Below, piece after piece: positions 37,401 through 49,758 of a stretch of 64,000 nt of DNA (within the stretch, counting starts at the first letter, position 1; each line of letters begins with the position of its first letter). The notes under the pieces were generated by a model. It was not told where the DNA came from, made no database searches, and saw nothing but the letters and a program-made list of their open reading frames with translations. A program made the position numbers and the translations under genes. This DNA is from Klebsormidium nitens (Eukaryota > Plantae > Klebsormidiophyceae): NCBI GenBank assembly GCA_000708835.1, contig DF237010.1, positions 182,351-246,350 on the forward strand, in the 5' to 3' direction.

Positions 37401-40400
37401 ATCGAGACAAACGGCATTGAGAATTGCACATTGTCTAAAAGAGCATATCTTCCTCCTAGGAGTTGGAGTCAGTATGATGATCTGGAATAAGTGTAATAAT
37501 ATATGCTTCTTCGCCTTCCTTCTGAGAGTTGGACTTAGTATGATGATATCCGCTTCTTCACCAAAAGGTAATTCTTTGAGTCATGTATGGTCTTGTTCGC
37601 TTCTCTGGCAACCGAGTGTTGGTCGTTGTGGTCGCAAGCAAGCCGATCTCGCCCGCTTTTTCACAGCGGGCGTATCTGCTCCCCGCTTTCTCACAGCAGG
37701 TGTCCGAACGATACATGCAAACTAGAAGGTCCCCAAGATCGACGCTCAAGAAGGAAAAATACTCCAGCGGAAGAGATAACGGAAAGTAACCATTGTCCGA
37801 ACCTGCTCGCCTTTCAAATGCGTGTCGGACACTTGTTCAAAACCAGACACCGCAAGTAGCAAGATGACACCGACCAATGGTGCCGCAGCCGCTCACTTTT
37901 TCGTTTCCTGCTCTCAGGGCGAGAACGTCGATCAGGTAGACCGCCACGGCAATCTGCTTGTTCTCGGTGTTCTTGGAAGTGAGGTCGCGGTTGTACTGGT
38001 CCCGGATAGCCCCGATGTAATCCTGCAGCGTACAAATGGGTATCAGCGACTTTCAGGAATCTGAACACGCTTTGCAAACTTGCAAGCAGCTCTCCGAATT
38101 GCATTCACGAGTGCTTCCGACGGTTTAGTTGCGACTCGAAACGGCTGCGTACGCACTGTTTGGTAATAAGCTCCGGGTGATGCTTCTGGCTAATGAAGAG
38201 CCTTTCTGCAGCACATGGTTGGAACAAGCAAACCACACTTCCTTACGAATGAGGCACAGAGGAGGGCCGGTTGGATCATTCCTTCCAAGCAGCACAGAAG
38301 GATCATCAACCTTCCTTCCAGCCAGCACATAAGAATACAGGATTATCATCAACGTCGAATGATAACATCGAGCATGCATGCACGTGTCAGCCTGAAACAG
38401 AGCGTTCCACAGATCCCTCAGCAAGCCAACCATCAGCAAGCCGATTCAATACGAAGGTGCGAGTCAGAGAGCAAATGCAACAACCGCTGCGTTGCCTGCA
38501 GTGCAGACGCGCTGCGGGCTTAGTGTCTTTTCTTTTTGATTATTGATCGGGCCAGCTCACCTTGAGCTTGCGCGCCTTCTCGTACTTCTCCATGTCGCTC
38601 TGCCCCTTCCAGCTGCTGCTTGGTGCCAAGAACACGTACTTGAAGTCCTTGGGGCTGATGGGGTCGTGCCAGAACGCCAGCCACGTCACTGTGGGGTCGT
38701 GCCGGATCTCGCCCCACCTGAGAGAGAAGATGTAGTGTTTACTTCCGTTCGCAGTTCTGCTTGTGATTTGGCTGACCAAGAGACATGGCAAACAGGAGCC
38801 TTGGCACAAAAACGCCCTCGACCTCGGGGGAAAAAGGAGAAATTGTGCTCTGGTTTTCACCGCTTCAAGACGGGCTCCAGGTTTCAAGTTTGTCGATACC
38901 CAAAATCGGAAGTGCTAAGACCTCGAGGAGGGTTGCCTAGAACAGTCTGCTCCGCTGCTCATGGAGGGAAGATTGACAGATGCGATACGGGCAGAAGAGA
39001 TGGATGCGAAATATTCCAGCCATGCAGCGAGATAAGAACTGAAGTAGCACAAAGATCGATTTAGACGGGCATGAGCAGTCTTGTTGCCAGTTTGCAGTGA
39101 CAGAAGCAGTCCAACGGCAGAGGAGTGACTTGAGAATCTCCTGTTTGGTCGACTGGCTCTAACAGACATATTGTGTCAAATATGGGGGTGGAATGCTGAG
39201 CGCCTCACTTGTGCCCTGGAACTGGACACTCCGGGATGGGCGCGTCCTTCCCGATGTTGAGGGTGATGTCCTCAGGCACTATCCTTTTCTTAACCTTGCC
39301 CATCTGAATGCACACCAGAGCTGGGTTAGCCTGTGTAATCCTGCATAACCCTCCTCTTAACCCCTGATTAGACCTGTGCAAAGCTTTTCTTAACCTTGCC
39401 CATCTGAACGCACACCAAGACTGGGTCAGCCTGTGTCAACTAGTGTGCGCGCATACTGCTGCAAGCTCTGGCACACAGAACTTGCCATTGCATCCCAAGC
39501 AAAAATGTTGCATGCAGCGTGAAGCTGCTGTTTACAAGTGTGCGGAGTTTTGAAACGTGCATGCTTCTGGTGGCTGATAGGAAAGAAGTGATGTACAACG
39601 GGACGGAGTGCAAACTCCCACCTTTGGATGCTCCCCCCGGCCCCGGAAAAGACCTGGGGGCTCCACCCTGAAGTTTCCCACCTGCAAAGAAGCCAGGCAG
39701 TGAGATCATTGAACTGCACAAGTGATTTACACAACCAGACTTGCTACTTAAAGCAAACAAGCAGAGACGGAGTCATGCACGGATAAGGAAAGGTATACTA
39801 GAGAAGGATGTTGTGCTGATGAAAGCAACAGCCAGAAGGTGCTCGGCAGGGCCACCGGGCAATCCAAGGTTGCAGATATCATTGATACTCTGAGAGCAAG
39901 AGACAGTGCATATACCTGCTCCTTTACCCCATCGACTAGCGCAAACATGTACTTCTCCTCGGCTTTCAGCTTCTCCTCCTTCAACCGCTTCTTCTCCTGC
40001 ATGCCAAAAGACCAGCTTTAAGATTCAATTCAGTTGCATCCATTGATTCCCCTTACCGCCCTACTTTGCATTAACCAATTCCTTTAGTAGTTGGCAGGGG
40101 CTTGGCTAAGGATACACATGCACGCATGTAACAGCCATAGCAGGGTCCTCTAAGCAGAGTCTATTTTGTGTTTACAAAAGTAGAGAAGTTGCGAATGCAG
40201 AAAGTGTGAAGAGGAACTCAGAAGCAAAGAATCCCCACCTCGGACGTCATGCTCTTCTTCCTCTCCTTCTCCTGAAGGTGCCACTCATAGATAGGCGTGA
40301 AGTCGCACGGACCGAGCTTCTGAATGACGTGCTTCTTTCCCAGCAGCTTCGACCAGTCGTGCCAGAAGTTGGTGACGAACGTCTTCTTCTGGGCCCAGTC

Positions 40401-41583
40401 AGTGTCCTTCATCACCGCAAAGAAGGTCGCCACCTGCAGACAAGCGCCATGTATGAGGCTCAGTGACGCCTAGTATCCTTCTTGACCTCAGGAATTTATG
40501 CAACACTCAAACGCAGTCGGTATATGACAGCTTGCACAAAGAGTTCAATTGTGCTGCAAAATGGCAATCGAAACCGAGCTAAGCAGTGTGCATGCAGCCA
40601 GACAAGGAAGAACAAGCAGGAGGCGATTCAAGGCAAAAGCGGTCCGCTTTTCCCAGTGCCTCAGCTTTTCTTTGCCATGCACCACCACCCTGCCCGCCTC
40701 TTAAGCCAGGTTGCTCAAAGGCCAACTAGTCAATGCACAGCAGAGGGTAGTGATCGCGCATGACATGCCAGCGGTTGTTTGGACGACTCTCAAATAAGAG
40801 TTGACTCCTGCAAGGCAGTGTGTTGATGATAAGAGTGCATACCTCCTCCTGCTCCGGTGTCAACTGGACAGGCTTCCCATCGTACAGCATCTTCACCCCA
40901 TGTGGCTGGTATGGTGGCGGGAAAATGACCCCGTTGTGCTCCAAAGTGGTCCACTTCACGGTCCCGTTCTCGTCTCCATCCTTGGGTGCTTTCTTCCTCT
41001 CTGGCGCCTTCGCCTTCGCTGGCGCCTCCTTCTTAACCGGCTTCTTCACCTGCTCCACCTTGACCTTCTTCTTCCCCTCTACCTTTGCACTCGTCTTCTT
41101 CACAGAGGCTTTCACAGCGGACAGTGGCCGATCATCGTCCTCATCGCTGCTGCTGGCTCTTGGCTCCGGCTTCGCCTTCTTTGACGGCGGCGCCTGCGTC
41201 TTCTGCGCGTCTGCAGGCCGCTTCTTCACCACGTTCTTCTCTCCCCCTAGTTGTTTCTCCTTGGCTGGCAGGGCAGGTTTCTTCTGGACTGCTATTGGAG
41301 AGGGCTTGTGCTCTGCCTCCTGGAGAATCTCCCGCCGTTGCACCAGAGGCACGTCGTCGTCGCTGTCCGATTCCTCCTTCGACGCGGAAACTCCAGTCAC
41401 CCCCGATTGTGCGGATACATGGCCGCCGGAGGCTATTTGAGGCACATTCTGTACGGGTGGTTTCAGCAACTGAGGTGATGCGGGGGTGTGCCTCTTAAAG
41501 ACCAGGGGTGCGTCGTCATCGTCTGAGTCGTAGTGCCCGTTCGAAGGAGCTGGAGCACCATTTGGCACGGCGTCCACTTCCAT
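34403..41583 (-). CDS. TOP1: DNA topoisomerase IB, 14 coding exons, about 753 aa
   Basis: Exons 41583-40843, 40433-40239, 39996-39916, 39681-39622, 39303-39209, 38717-38561, 38022-37897, 37395-37315, 37021-36931, 36462-36329, 35941-35876, 35453-35257, 34963-34795 and 34471-34403. Motifs [69 protein letters not shown], catalytic [14 protein letters not shown] and C-terminal [13 protein letters not shown]. Confidence 0.97.
35477..35600. repeat. Imperfect intronic tandem repeat (two copies of about 55 bp) in a TOP1 intron
   Basis: gttagctgcaagcatgcgcgaacggtcaagctcaacaagc is followed by gttagctgcgagcgagcgcggacggtcacgctcaacaagc. Confidence 0.7.
39284..39436 (-). repeat. Intronic duplicate of the TOP1 exon-5 acceptor plus first 20 exon nt
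   Basis: 39384-39436 repeats 39284-39336 at a period of exactly 100 bp. The exon part ATGGGCAAGGTTAAGAAAAG is identical, and the 33-nt intron part has 5 mismatches. Confidence 0.9.
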
Positions 41584-42902
41584 CGGAGACAGTCCTGCTG
41601 GAGGAAAAGAGGTGTCATTCAAGTTAGCTTTCCGACAAGCTCCGCCTTCATAGGAAGATCCTGGACGCAGGATGCTGCAAAGGTCCACTCAACCAAGGAT
41701 ATATGAGCAAAGCCGCAAATGCAAACAAGCAAGCGGCCAGCTTGACCCACAACCTGCGCCAAATCTCACATGACAGATTCTCCAATATATATTCATTGTC
41801 CCATCACCCCTGGCCTTCATTGATGGAACTGTATTAAGAATGGAAAACGACGGATTATGCGGCAACCTAGCTCCAGCAAAGCGGCAGTTTCGGTGGCTGT
41901 ATCTAATGCACTCGCTTAAAAAAACCCTTCTTTGTGTTCCAAAGAACATCCTTCCTCACAAAAGCGCGCATTTGTGCTTAAAAAAGACCAGCTTCGAGCG
42001 ACGAAGCAATGGCCAGGAAACTACATTGTGCTCTTCCTTTAGAGGTTTCTGATGAGCCTGTACAATGACAGCGAACAATGAAAGAGCATTGAAGCTCCAC
42101 AAGGCAGCAAAACGGGCTTTTACCTGGAACTACACCCGCCATCAAGGGTTGAGCTCCTTTCCAAAGGTTACCCCAAATGCGAGCCGCAGCTGCTGATTGA
42201 TTTCTTCCGCAACTTCTCACTCTCTCGCAGCTTCTCACTCTCTAGCACTCAATGGGCTGATAGTCCCTTCTTCTTCGCCTCTAGATATCTTCCTGAACGT
42301 TTGACAAGGCTTGTGTAGCCCCAGCACTGGCAGGAGAAGATGCCCCACGTTTAATGTCGACAGCTGGGCTCACCATGGCAGCTGGTCAAACGGCAGCGCC
42401 AGAGACTGGGCAGAGACGAAGTCCAAGACCGAGTCCCTAGCTCAGCCCTGGCTCATGCAGCCTCAAGTGCAACCTCAGGCTCAGACTCAGAGTCAGAGTC
42501 TGCCAATCCCGTATCTAGACCGGACAGAATTCAATCACCTTCGTCGGTGGATCTTAGAAGTGCAGGCTCAAGTTTCCTAGTTTAGAAGAACTCTCTGATG
42601 ACAAAGTGTCGATTGGTCAAAACGAGTTGCCGTGCCTACAGTAGTAGCAAAGTTCAGAAGTTGGAAAACTCTGGTGCCAATGCCAATGGGATCATGCTAC
42701 CTACCTTATGTAGATCTATACTCTGATCGGATCAGGGGACAAAGGTCCAACTTCAAACAGACTGCAACTTCCTGATCAGAACTTTGCACGTTGAAAGGCC
42801 CAAGTTGGGGCACCAAGCTGTCCTAAGAGCACAGTAGCTCCTCCATGCAAAGCTTTTGGTGATTCTCCACAACTCAAATCAGGTGGAGCAGATTAGCCTG
42901 CC

Positions 42903-45609
42903 ATGAAGGACCGCACGGAGCACTTCCGGGATATTGTGCGGCGATTAGTGGCAGAGGAGGTCATAAATGAAGTAAGTTACTTTATCCTGCTTCACTCTCT
43001 GCTCTCGAACTTTCTTTGAAAGTAAGCACGCAGCATTAGTGACCGCAAATGGAATCGGGTTCTGACTTTTTGTGTGCGCATTCCCTTCTTGAGTTGAAGG
43101 TTTTTTGGGGTCATTGTAGGCAAAGAGTACTGATTTGAGGTCCCCTCTAGGTGGTGGCGACGATGGATGACTAGCCTGCCACAGAGGCCCTTGAACCTGA
43201 GTGGCACCCATATCAGAAGGAGAATGATAACAAGCCCGCAATTGGCACCAATCGGTATTCACAGACTGTGGTCACTTGAGCAGGAGAAAGAATGCCATGG
43301 GAAAAGAGGCTTCTTGTGGGAAAAGGCATGTCTAGTTGTTCAAATGTCCCTTGTTCACTTTGTTGTCAGTATCTGAGTTTTTAAAACAGTGGAAGCCATA
43401 AGCTTCTTTAAGGGCTCGAGCTTCTAACGCCCAATGCTCTTTCAGGAGAAAAAGAGGAGAATCTACTCCAGCTTGATACTCAAAAGGGCACAAGTGCACA
43501 CACCATTCATCACCACCGCCAATGAGATTGTAAGTCTTGTTACCCTCTCCGTGCGAAGAAGCACCCAAGTTGTTGTAATGTGGTCTGTTGCTTAACAGAG
43601 CAACTGAACAAAAGTAGCTGTACTTTCAACCCTTGTCTTCATAGTCTTGATGAGTGTTGTGCTATGTAGGATTGCAACTCTTTTGACAACATGGAAACGT
43701 GTTCCGCCCTTGTTCCGTTAGGCCATAACAAGAGCTGTCTTTCTCGTACCCCTGGTCCAGTTTGATTCTGGCAATAGTCACGGTGGATATGTAGGACGAG
43801 AATATTCTGACGTCTATCAAAATCATTTGAGTAATGAACCACTCATCTTTGTATCTGATAGCGCACTCCAGATCAGCCGATGTACACCATTGGCAATGCT
43901 GCCGAAGAGCGGACTTCACTTCAAAAAGCCCCCTCACCCTCCCGTTTTGACGCGCCGTGCAGCGCGCGAACATCCGTGCCATGCGCGCCTTCATTCTGCA
44001 GCACCGGCAGGACTACTTGCGCAAGGGGCGCATGACCGAGCGCGAGCGAGACGACCTGGAGCAGGAGGTGGGGCTGTTTGTCAAAACCTGCCGGCAGCGG
44101 ATTGACGTCCTGAAAAACGCAGTCTCTGGAGAGGCGCCAACGCAGCAGACGCTGGCCTGGATCGGAGGCGAGGGCAGGGCAGGGAACACAAACCTGGTTG
44201 CGCACTGGCACGGCGTGGTGAGTGGCCTGTTTGAACTGTGTTTCTGACGGGTCGCTTGAAGTTTTCCTCCTGTTCCGTTCTTGAAATTACGGGGAGCTTT
44301 CAGTCGAAGGTGTGACGATGGTCCTACGCTTTGAACCATGGCAGAATCGTGCTTTAGGAACAGACTTTCACCAAATGACTATGTCGAAAAACGTATCGAA
44401 GGTCTTGTTGCCTCCAACGTAGACTTGCAAAGCCGTTCGAGAATGTCCAAGAACTACCCCGCTCTCTCCGCTGGTTTTCTGCGACCTCTTCTGTAATTAT
44501 CCAGATTTGCTCCAGCCTGCTCGTTCTGCTCAGTCGTCTTGCATTAGCGTTTCCGTTGATGTATCTTCAGCGACACTCATTTCTGCTTTTTGAAACACAC
44601 CTTGCGCATGCGCCCAGTACTCTTGGATTGTTTTGCAAAATTCGGTTGAGATAGATGCGCTCTCTGCTCCAGGTGCTCATCCTGAGCGAGCGCTTGCACT
44701 GTGTCACTTCCATGTTCGACCGGATGCGAGCAGCCCACTTCGAGGAGATTCTCCAGGAGAGCAAGCCCGCAAAAAGAGAAGGCATCCCAACTAGAGCGCG
44801 GAAGTCTTTGCCACGGCCGGCCCCCAGCGGCCCAGGACGAGGCCACGAAGCTAACGGGGAGGCCGCCGAGCGAATGGAAGAACAGGTCCAAGAATACGAC
44901 GAAACGAGAGCGCTGCAGGTGAGCAAGTGCTTCAGGACTTTGCAGTAAAGTCTGGGCCGTCCCAAATTCTGCTCTTCACCTTCGTGCACCTGCAAACGCG
45001 GAGACTTAAAACGTTCGGAAAGCTGTGGTACTCCAATTCAGAAAAGATTTGGGGTCAACAATGAGTCGAACGAGACACGTGCTGGATGGTAGAGATGCCT
45101 CTATTTGATGATCACAGTACTGTTTGACTGTACAATCGCTCATTTGATGGTCGAGATTTTGATGGTCGAGATTAACAGACGCTCGTTGGCCTGTTGTGTT
45201 CTCTCTCGATCATCAAAAGGAAGGCGCATCGGTCAAGTGCACACTTTGAGAAGCAACATCGGTCCCTTAATTGACGAACTCGTTTGCCAAGGACTTCGTA
45301 TTGGTCTTACCCGTTGTGAGTCCTTCGCAGCTGGAGCTTGCGGGGCTTGCGGAGGGCGCAGCAGCCGTTGAGGGGAAGGTACTGGAGATGACGGCGCTCA
45401 GCCACCTCTTCTCAACGCGGGTTCTTCAACAGGCGCAGCAAATAGAACAGCTATATAACCAGGCCGTCGAAGCCACCACGTACATAAAGAAGGGGAACAC
45501 CGAGTTGCGGAAGACAGTGGATCGGAACAGCGACGGAAGGATATTCGTCATTCTCTTTTTCGTGATCATGATACTGGCGGTCCTCTTCCTGGACTGGTAT
45601 AGTCCTTAA
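42903..45609 (+). CDS. SYP81: ER Qa-SNARE syntaxin-81 (syntaxin-18/Ufe1 family), 5 exons, 310 aa
   Basis: Exons 42903-42971, 43446-43529, 43963-44217, 44673-44918 and 45331-45609 are all phase 0. Motifs MKDRTEHFRD, LQHRQDYL, VAHWHGVVLILSERLH, the SNARE motif LEMTALSHLFSTRVLQQAQQIEQLY and a C-terminal TM ending FLDWYSP. Confidence 0.95.
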
Positions 45610-47876
45610 TGACGTGTGCCTTTGGAGCTACTCGAGGAATGTATTATTCTTCAGGTTCCCTTTGACTGCAGTGCTAAGTTGGGCTCCAACAATTGTTGTA
45701 GCCGCAGGCCGCGCTCAAGCGCATGTTCAATGTACACGATCGTGCAATCAAGTTTGACATGAGCCTCGGACCCTCCCAACATTGATGTAGCTAATACGTC
45801 TCGATCGCTCACAGTCGCATATATATGATCGACGCTAACTCGCATGGTTGAATTCCGCACTGCAATGATCGTGCAGTATACAAGGATACGTATCCGACCT
45901 GCGTGCATGTCGAATGCGCCATGTGATGCATTCAACTCTCATGTGCATCTATAGTCAGTGATCAAAAGCTAGGTCCGACTTACTGCATGAACGTGATCGC
46001 GTCTATTACAGCATCCGGCGGCCCCCCGGACCAGTCTCACATATACATATATACCGTCCGACTGCAGCCTCATGCATATGTCGCGCGCGGCATGTGAGCA
46101 CAGTATGTGCGCGCCGCGCCCGCGCCTCGGTTTTGCATATGCAGATTCGATGCGGGAGCGTGTACGTGCGCGCTGCAGACCATGCAATCACTTACACACC
46201 CGCAGATCTTAGTTTACAAAGCTTGAAGTCAATTATACAGTTCTAGATCCGTCGATCCCTTGTAACAGCCTGAACAACCTTTGTTGCGTTCCGACAATTG
46301 TTGAAGAGCGAACGGAACGATCGGCAACGAATATTTTGTAGCTTACTAAGCTCGTCAGAAGCTGTCCCCATCAAGTTCTGGACGGGCAAAACCAAGGTAA
46401 CGACAATCGTTGGCATCCTATCGTATCTTTTGAAGGCAACTCATCAAGCTGCAGGAAAAAGCGTGCGGGACGCGGCGTAAATTGCGGACGAACGTAAGCG
46501 GCGTCAGCATGACGTCTCGCCTGCTCAAACAATCACGTGCTCATTCGCGTGCCCATTTCCGATAAGGTGCAAGTGCGAGAGGTGTCCTGCTTCGAGAAAC
46601 CAATCTGCTAACTGGAGTACAGAACGAAGTTACTCCTCAAATGACTGAGGATCAGTGGATTGGAAGCCGTTGGGGGATCGGACGACTTACTAGCTGCAAT
46701 GTCATGGACACGCCTGACGGCATTTCGTCGTTGAACGTGCTCCGTCCTTCCTCTAAAACTGGTTCTGTGCAGTAATAAACCTGCAAGCCTGCAGGTCGAT
46801 GCTCACTCAGAAGTCTGTGGACGGCTCGGAGATAGAGCGACGTACATGGTCAACCTTGGCTGTAGCGCCCTTAGCTGCTCAAGTGTCAAGAGATGCGATC
46901 AGCGTCTATACGTTAGTGGACGTTCTTCTTGCTGCTTCGAAGAACCTCAAGCAAAAATACAAAATTTGGAAAGCAGTGGCCTTGTTGATCTTTCCCAGTT
47001 GTTCGCGAGTATTCCTCTCCCTTAGCTCGCTCAACGTTCAACCCAGCGCAACTTCGAAGTGACCGGAACCTGTCTCCTAGAGCTGGGCACTGTCGATCAT
47101 TTGCCGCCTAAAGGGCATACGATGACACGTGGCAGCTCGAGCGCACCTGACCGAAGGCGGTGCCACTGTTGCGCTCCTGGCTGGCGTCACTGCGGCTGTC
47201 ATGACGACGCCTTCTCGTGCAATCATTGTCTTTGTTATCCTGTGTACACGTTCCGAACGGGCGCTCTTCTTCCCGTTAGCAGAAGTCATCGCTCCCATGT
47301 CGAAGACATTTCGAGTCAACTTTTGCCGAAGCAGGGGCTGCCTTGAACGAGTCTAGACAAAGGTAGTAGAGCGAGACTCTCTGAAGCTGGTTCTTGTGCT
47401 CGTTATTATGCTTCCGTCTGGGGTTCCGATTCGATCCATTCGAAGCCTTTGTCCGAAGGTCGACGGCCGGAGCTGGATGCTTCAAACTTGTCTGAAGACG
47501 TGCCTCTGCCTGCAAAAAGACCGTTTGCAAAGTGCATTAAGCACTGAACGGCAGATCTATGCGAAGTGAGCGGTCCGAAAGTCGCCTCTTTACAACGGGT
47601 CTGCTGCGCATCACTTGTCCAAGGGTCGATGACTCAGTTGCAACGGGTAAATGAACGAGAATGTAGAGGAAGAGAATAACCAACTTCGAGCGCGTAACCG
47701 ACAATGCTTCAACCTAAGAAGCTCATTTAGCAGAGGGTTTTGTCACTGGTAACAGGTCCAAAAGGGAAGTGCAAAGAAAACCTGCCAGTAGAGGCAACCG
47801 CCTTTGTCTGCCCCAACGCATATATCAAAAACGTCATCAGACCCATCAAGAAAGGTTTACATCCTGAGGCGCACCT

Positions 47877-48233
47877 TCACGAAACGGGCGTCCGGCTGCC
47901 ACTTTCGACGCTTCCGTCGAATCCTGGACCGGCCACCGCAACCCGCCTCCGTTTCAGCACCGGCCCCTCCGTTTCCACATCGTCTTCCTCCGTCATCAGT
48001 TCCGCCGGACGTGGCAGCGTTCGAACTTCGCCAACGGGCGTCCGAACTGGCAGCCGGTGTTCTTGCTCTCCTTGGAAAGAGTTGGGGGCGGGTTCCGTAT
48101 CGGGTGCCAATTCCCACGGCTTCCGAACCTCTTCCTGGGGGGGTGTGAAATACTGCACCTCCCGCGCGTTCCACCAGCGCCACTTGGTGGGCCGCCGGGG
48201 ATTCTTGATCGACCCGGCGGGGGGGGCGCCCAT
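47877..48233 (-). CDS. Candidate orphan ORF or terminal exon of an unidentified gene (118 aa from ATG)
   Basis: GC-rich, exon-like composition. Reads MGAPPAGSIKNPRRPTKWRWW...EEDDVETEGPVLKRRRV...TPVS*, with an acceptor-like cacccccccag inside the ORF. No recognisable domain, and no upstream exon could be phased. Confidence 0.25.
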   Translation of the reverse strand: MGAPPAGSIKNPRRPTKWRWWNAREVQYFTPPQEEVRKPWELAPDTEPAPNSFQGEQEHRLPVRTPVGEVRTLPRPAELMTEEDDVETEGPVLKRRRVAVAGPGFDGSVESGSRTPVS

Positions 48234-49758
48234 GGCGTGCTTATTCTCGAAGTAAGTTTTCCGTTGCTCAGTGATCACAGGTCTAAGGAGTACTCGTGCG
48301 CGAATGATGGAGTTTCTTCTCTTTGGTCCAGCTAATCAAACCGCCGTCACCTTTTGTGATAGGCTGGGTGCTTCGAATCCAGCAACGATGGTACCACGGC
48401 ATTGGATTGCATCACAACCTGGCAGTGGCCACGTGTGTGTACGTCAGCTTTCTATCAGAAGGTGTCGGCTGCTTGATTGCTCTTAATAGGAATGAGAAGA
48501 GGGCGGTCTACTGGTGCAAGAAGCGTGTCTCGAGTTCACCTCAAACGGCCTCTATTATCCTACTCAGAAAGTAGAAAGGCGTAATGTGGAGCGCACCCAT
48601 TGCAGTACATGGACGACTCGTAGGACAGGTCCCTTTGCAGATGCCGCTTTTCTTGATATTGGCGGGCCGATATTGGGTGCTTGAAGAATTCAAACTACAG
48701 TACTGACATAGGTTGCTCGGACTCTTCTTCGACCCACTCTGCATAATGCTGTCGGCCTGAGGCAATGCTGTCCCGTCAACTGCCAGGACTGCTGGCAGAT
48801 TGACACGTCCACAGACTTCTCAGGCTGTAGCCTAAAGCAGGTCAGTATTCGTGCAGATGGCGCTGAGCCTAGATCTGGAAGACGTACCAAGTCTGCTGGG
48901 CGGTCACGCAAGCGAAAATTTCAACCCACCAATGCTATACAGGTCCCTTTTGTCAACAAGATCGTGATGTCCTTGGAAAGGATTTGAATGCAGAATATAT
49001 ATGCTGACTGCGCTGTGGCGGCCACAAGTGTCGAATTAAAGTGCAGAATATGAGAGTACAGCGGGATGAAGCGAAAGCGCCGACGTGCGAACCTCCTGAA
49101 AAGGCGGTTCTAAAGATAGGTTCGCTTTTGTGCTGCCTGAGCCGTAGATTCACGAAAATATCGGGGATCCGACGTGAGATACGCAATGATCTTGCCAGCT
49201 GGACCGTGCAGTCATTTGAAAAGGTTCAAATGCCGCCAAGCCAGGCTTCTTCTGCAGGCAGGCTATTATAGCGAACACCTTGAAAGTTGACAAGGATCGC
49301 ACGCCTCTGTTCAGGTTGAAGGTGGTAAGTTTTACTGGTGGCAGAGGACTCGGAGCCGGAGAAAGAGCACCCCCATCAGTGATCACTTCCGTGCTGATTG
49401 CACAATCCTTCTTGTTCCAACTCATCAAGTTGGTGTCTTCAGGTGGTCACTTTCTTTTGACAACATGATTGGTGGTTTTGAGCAGCCATGGGTTCCTTTC
49501 TGAAAGCTGTTTGGTAGTTTTCCAGATTCTCAGAGCCCAAGTAGAGCCATTTGGCGGTAGAAGGTTTGGCGATACTTCATTGAAGTCCCATTTAGGTGCA
49601 CTTTCTCTGTGAGCGTGCAATGCAGCTTTAGTCCTTGCACTTGCTACTTTGGCTAGCTCTTCATATTTGCAGAAGGTCTTAGAGGTGCGAATCAAGCCCA
49701 TTCTTGTAAAGCAGAAAGCACCACTTCATATCCTTGAATGCACAATTAGTCTGGCAAG

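Noticed and set aside
49315-49324. 10-nt micro-exon (cag|GTTGAAGGTG|gtaagt) upstream of TOR1
   Set aside because: Plausible 5' UTR exon, but non-coding and not supportable without transcript data.
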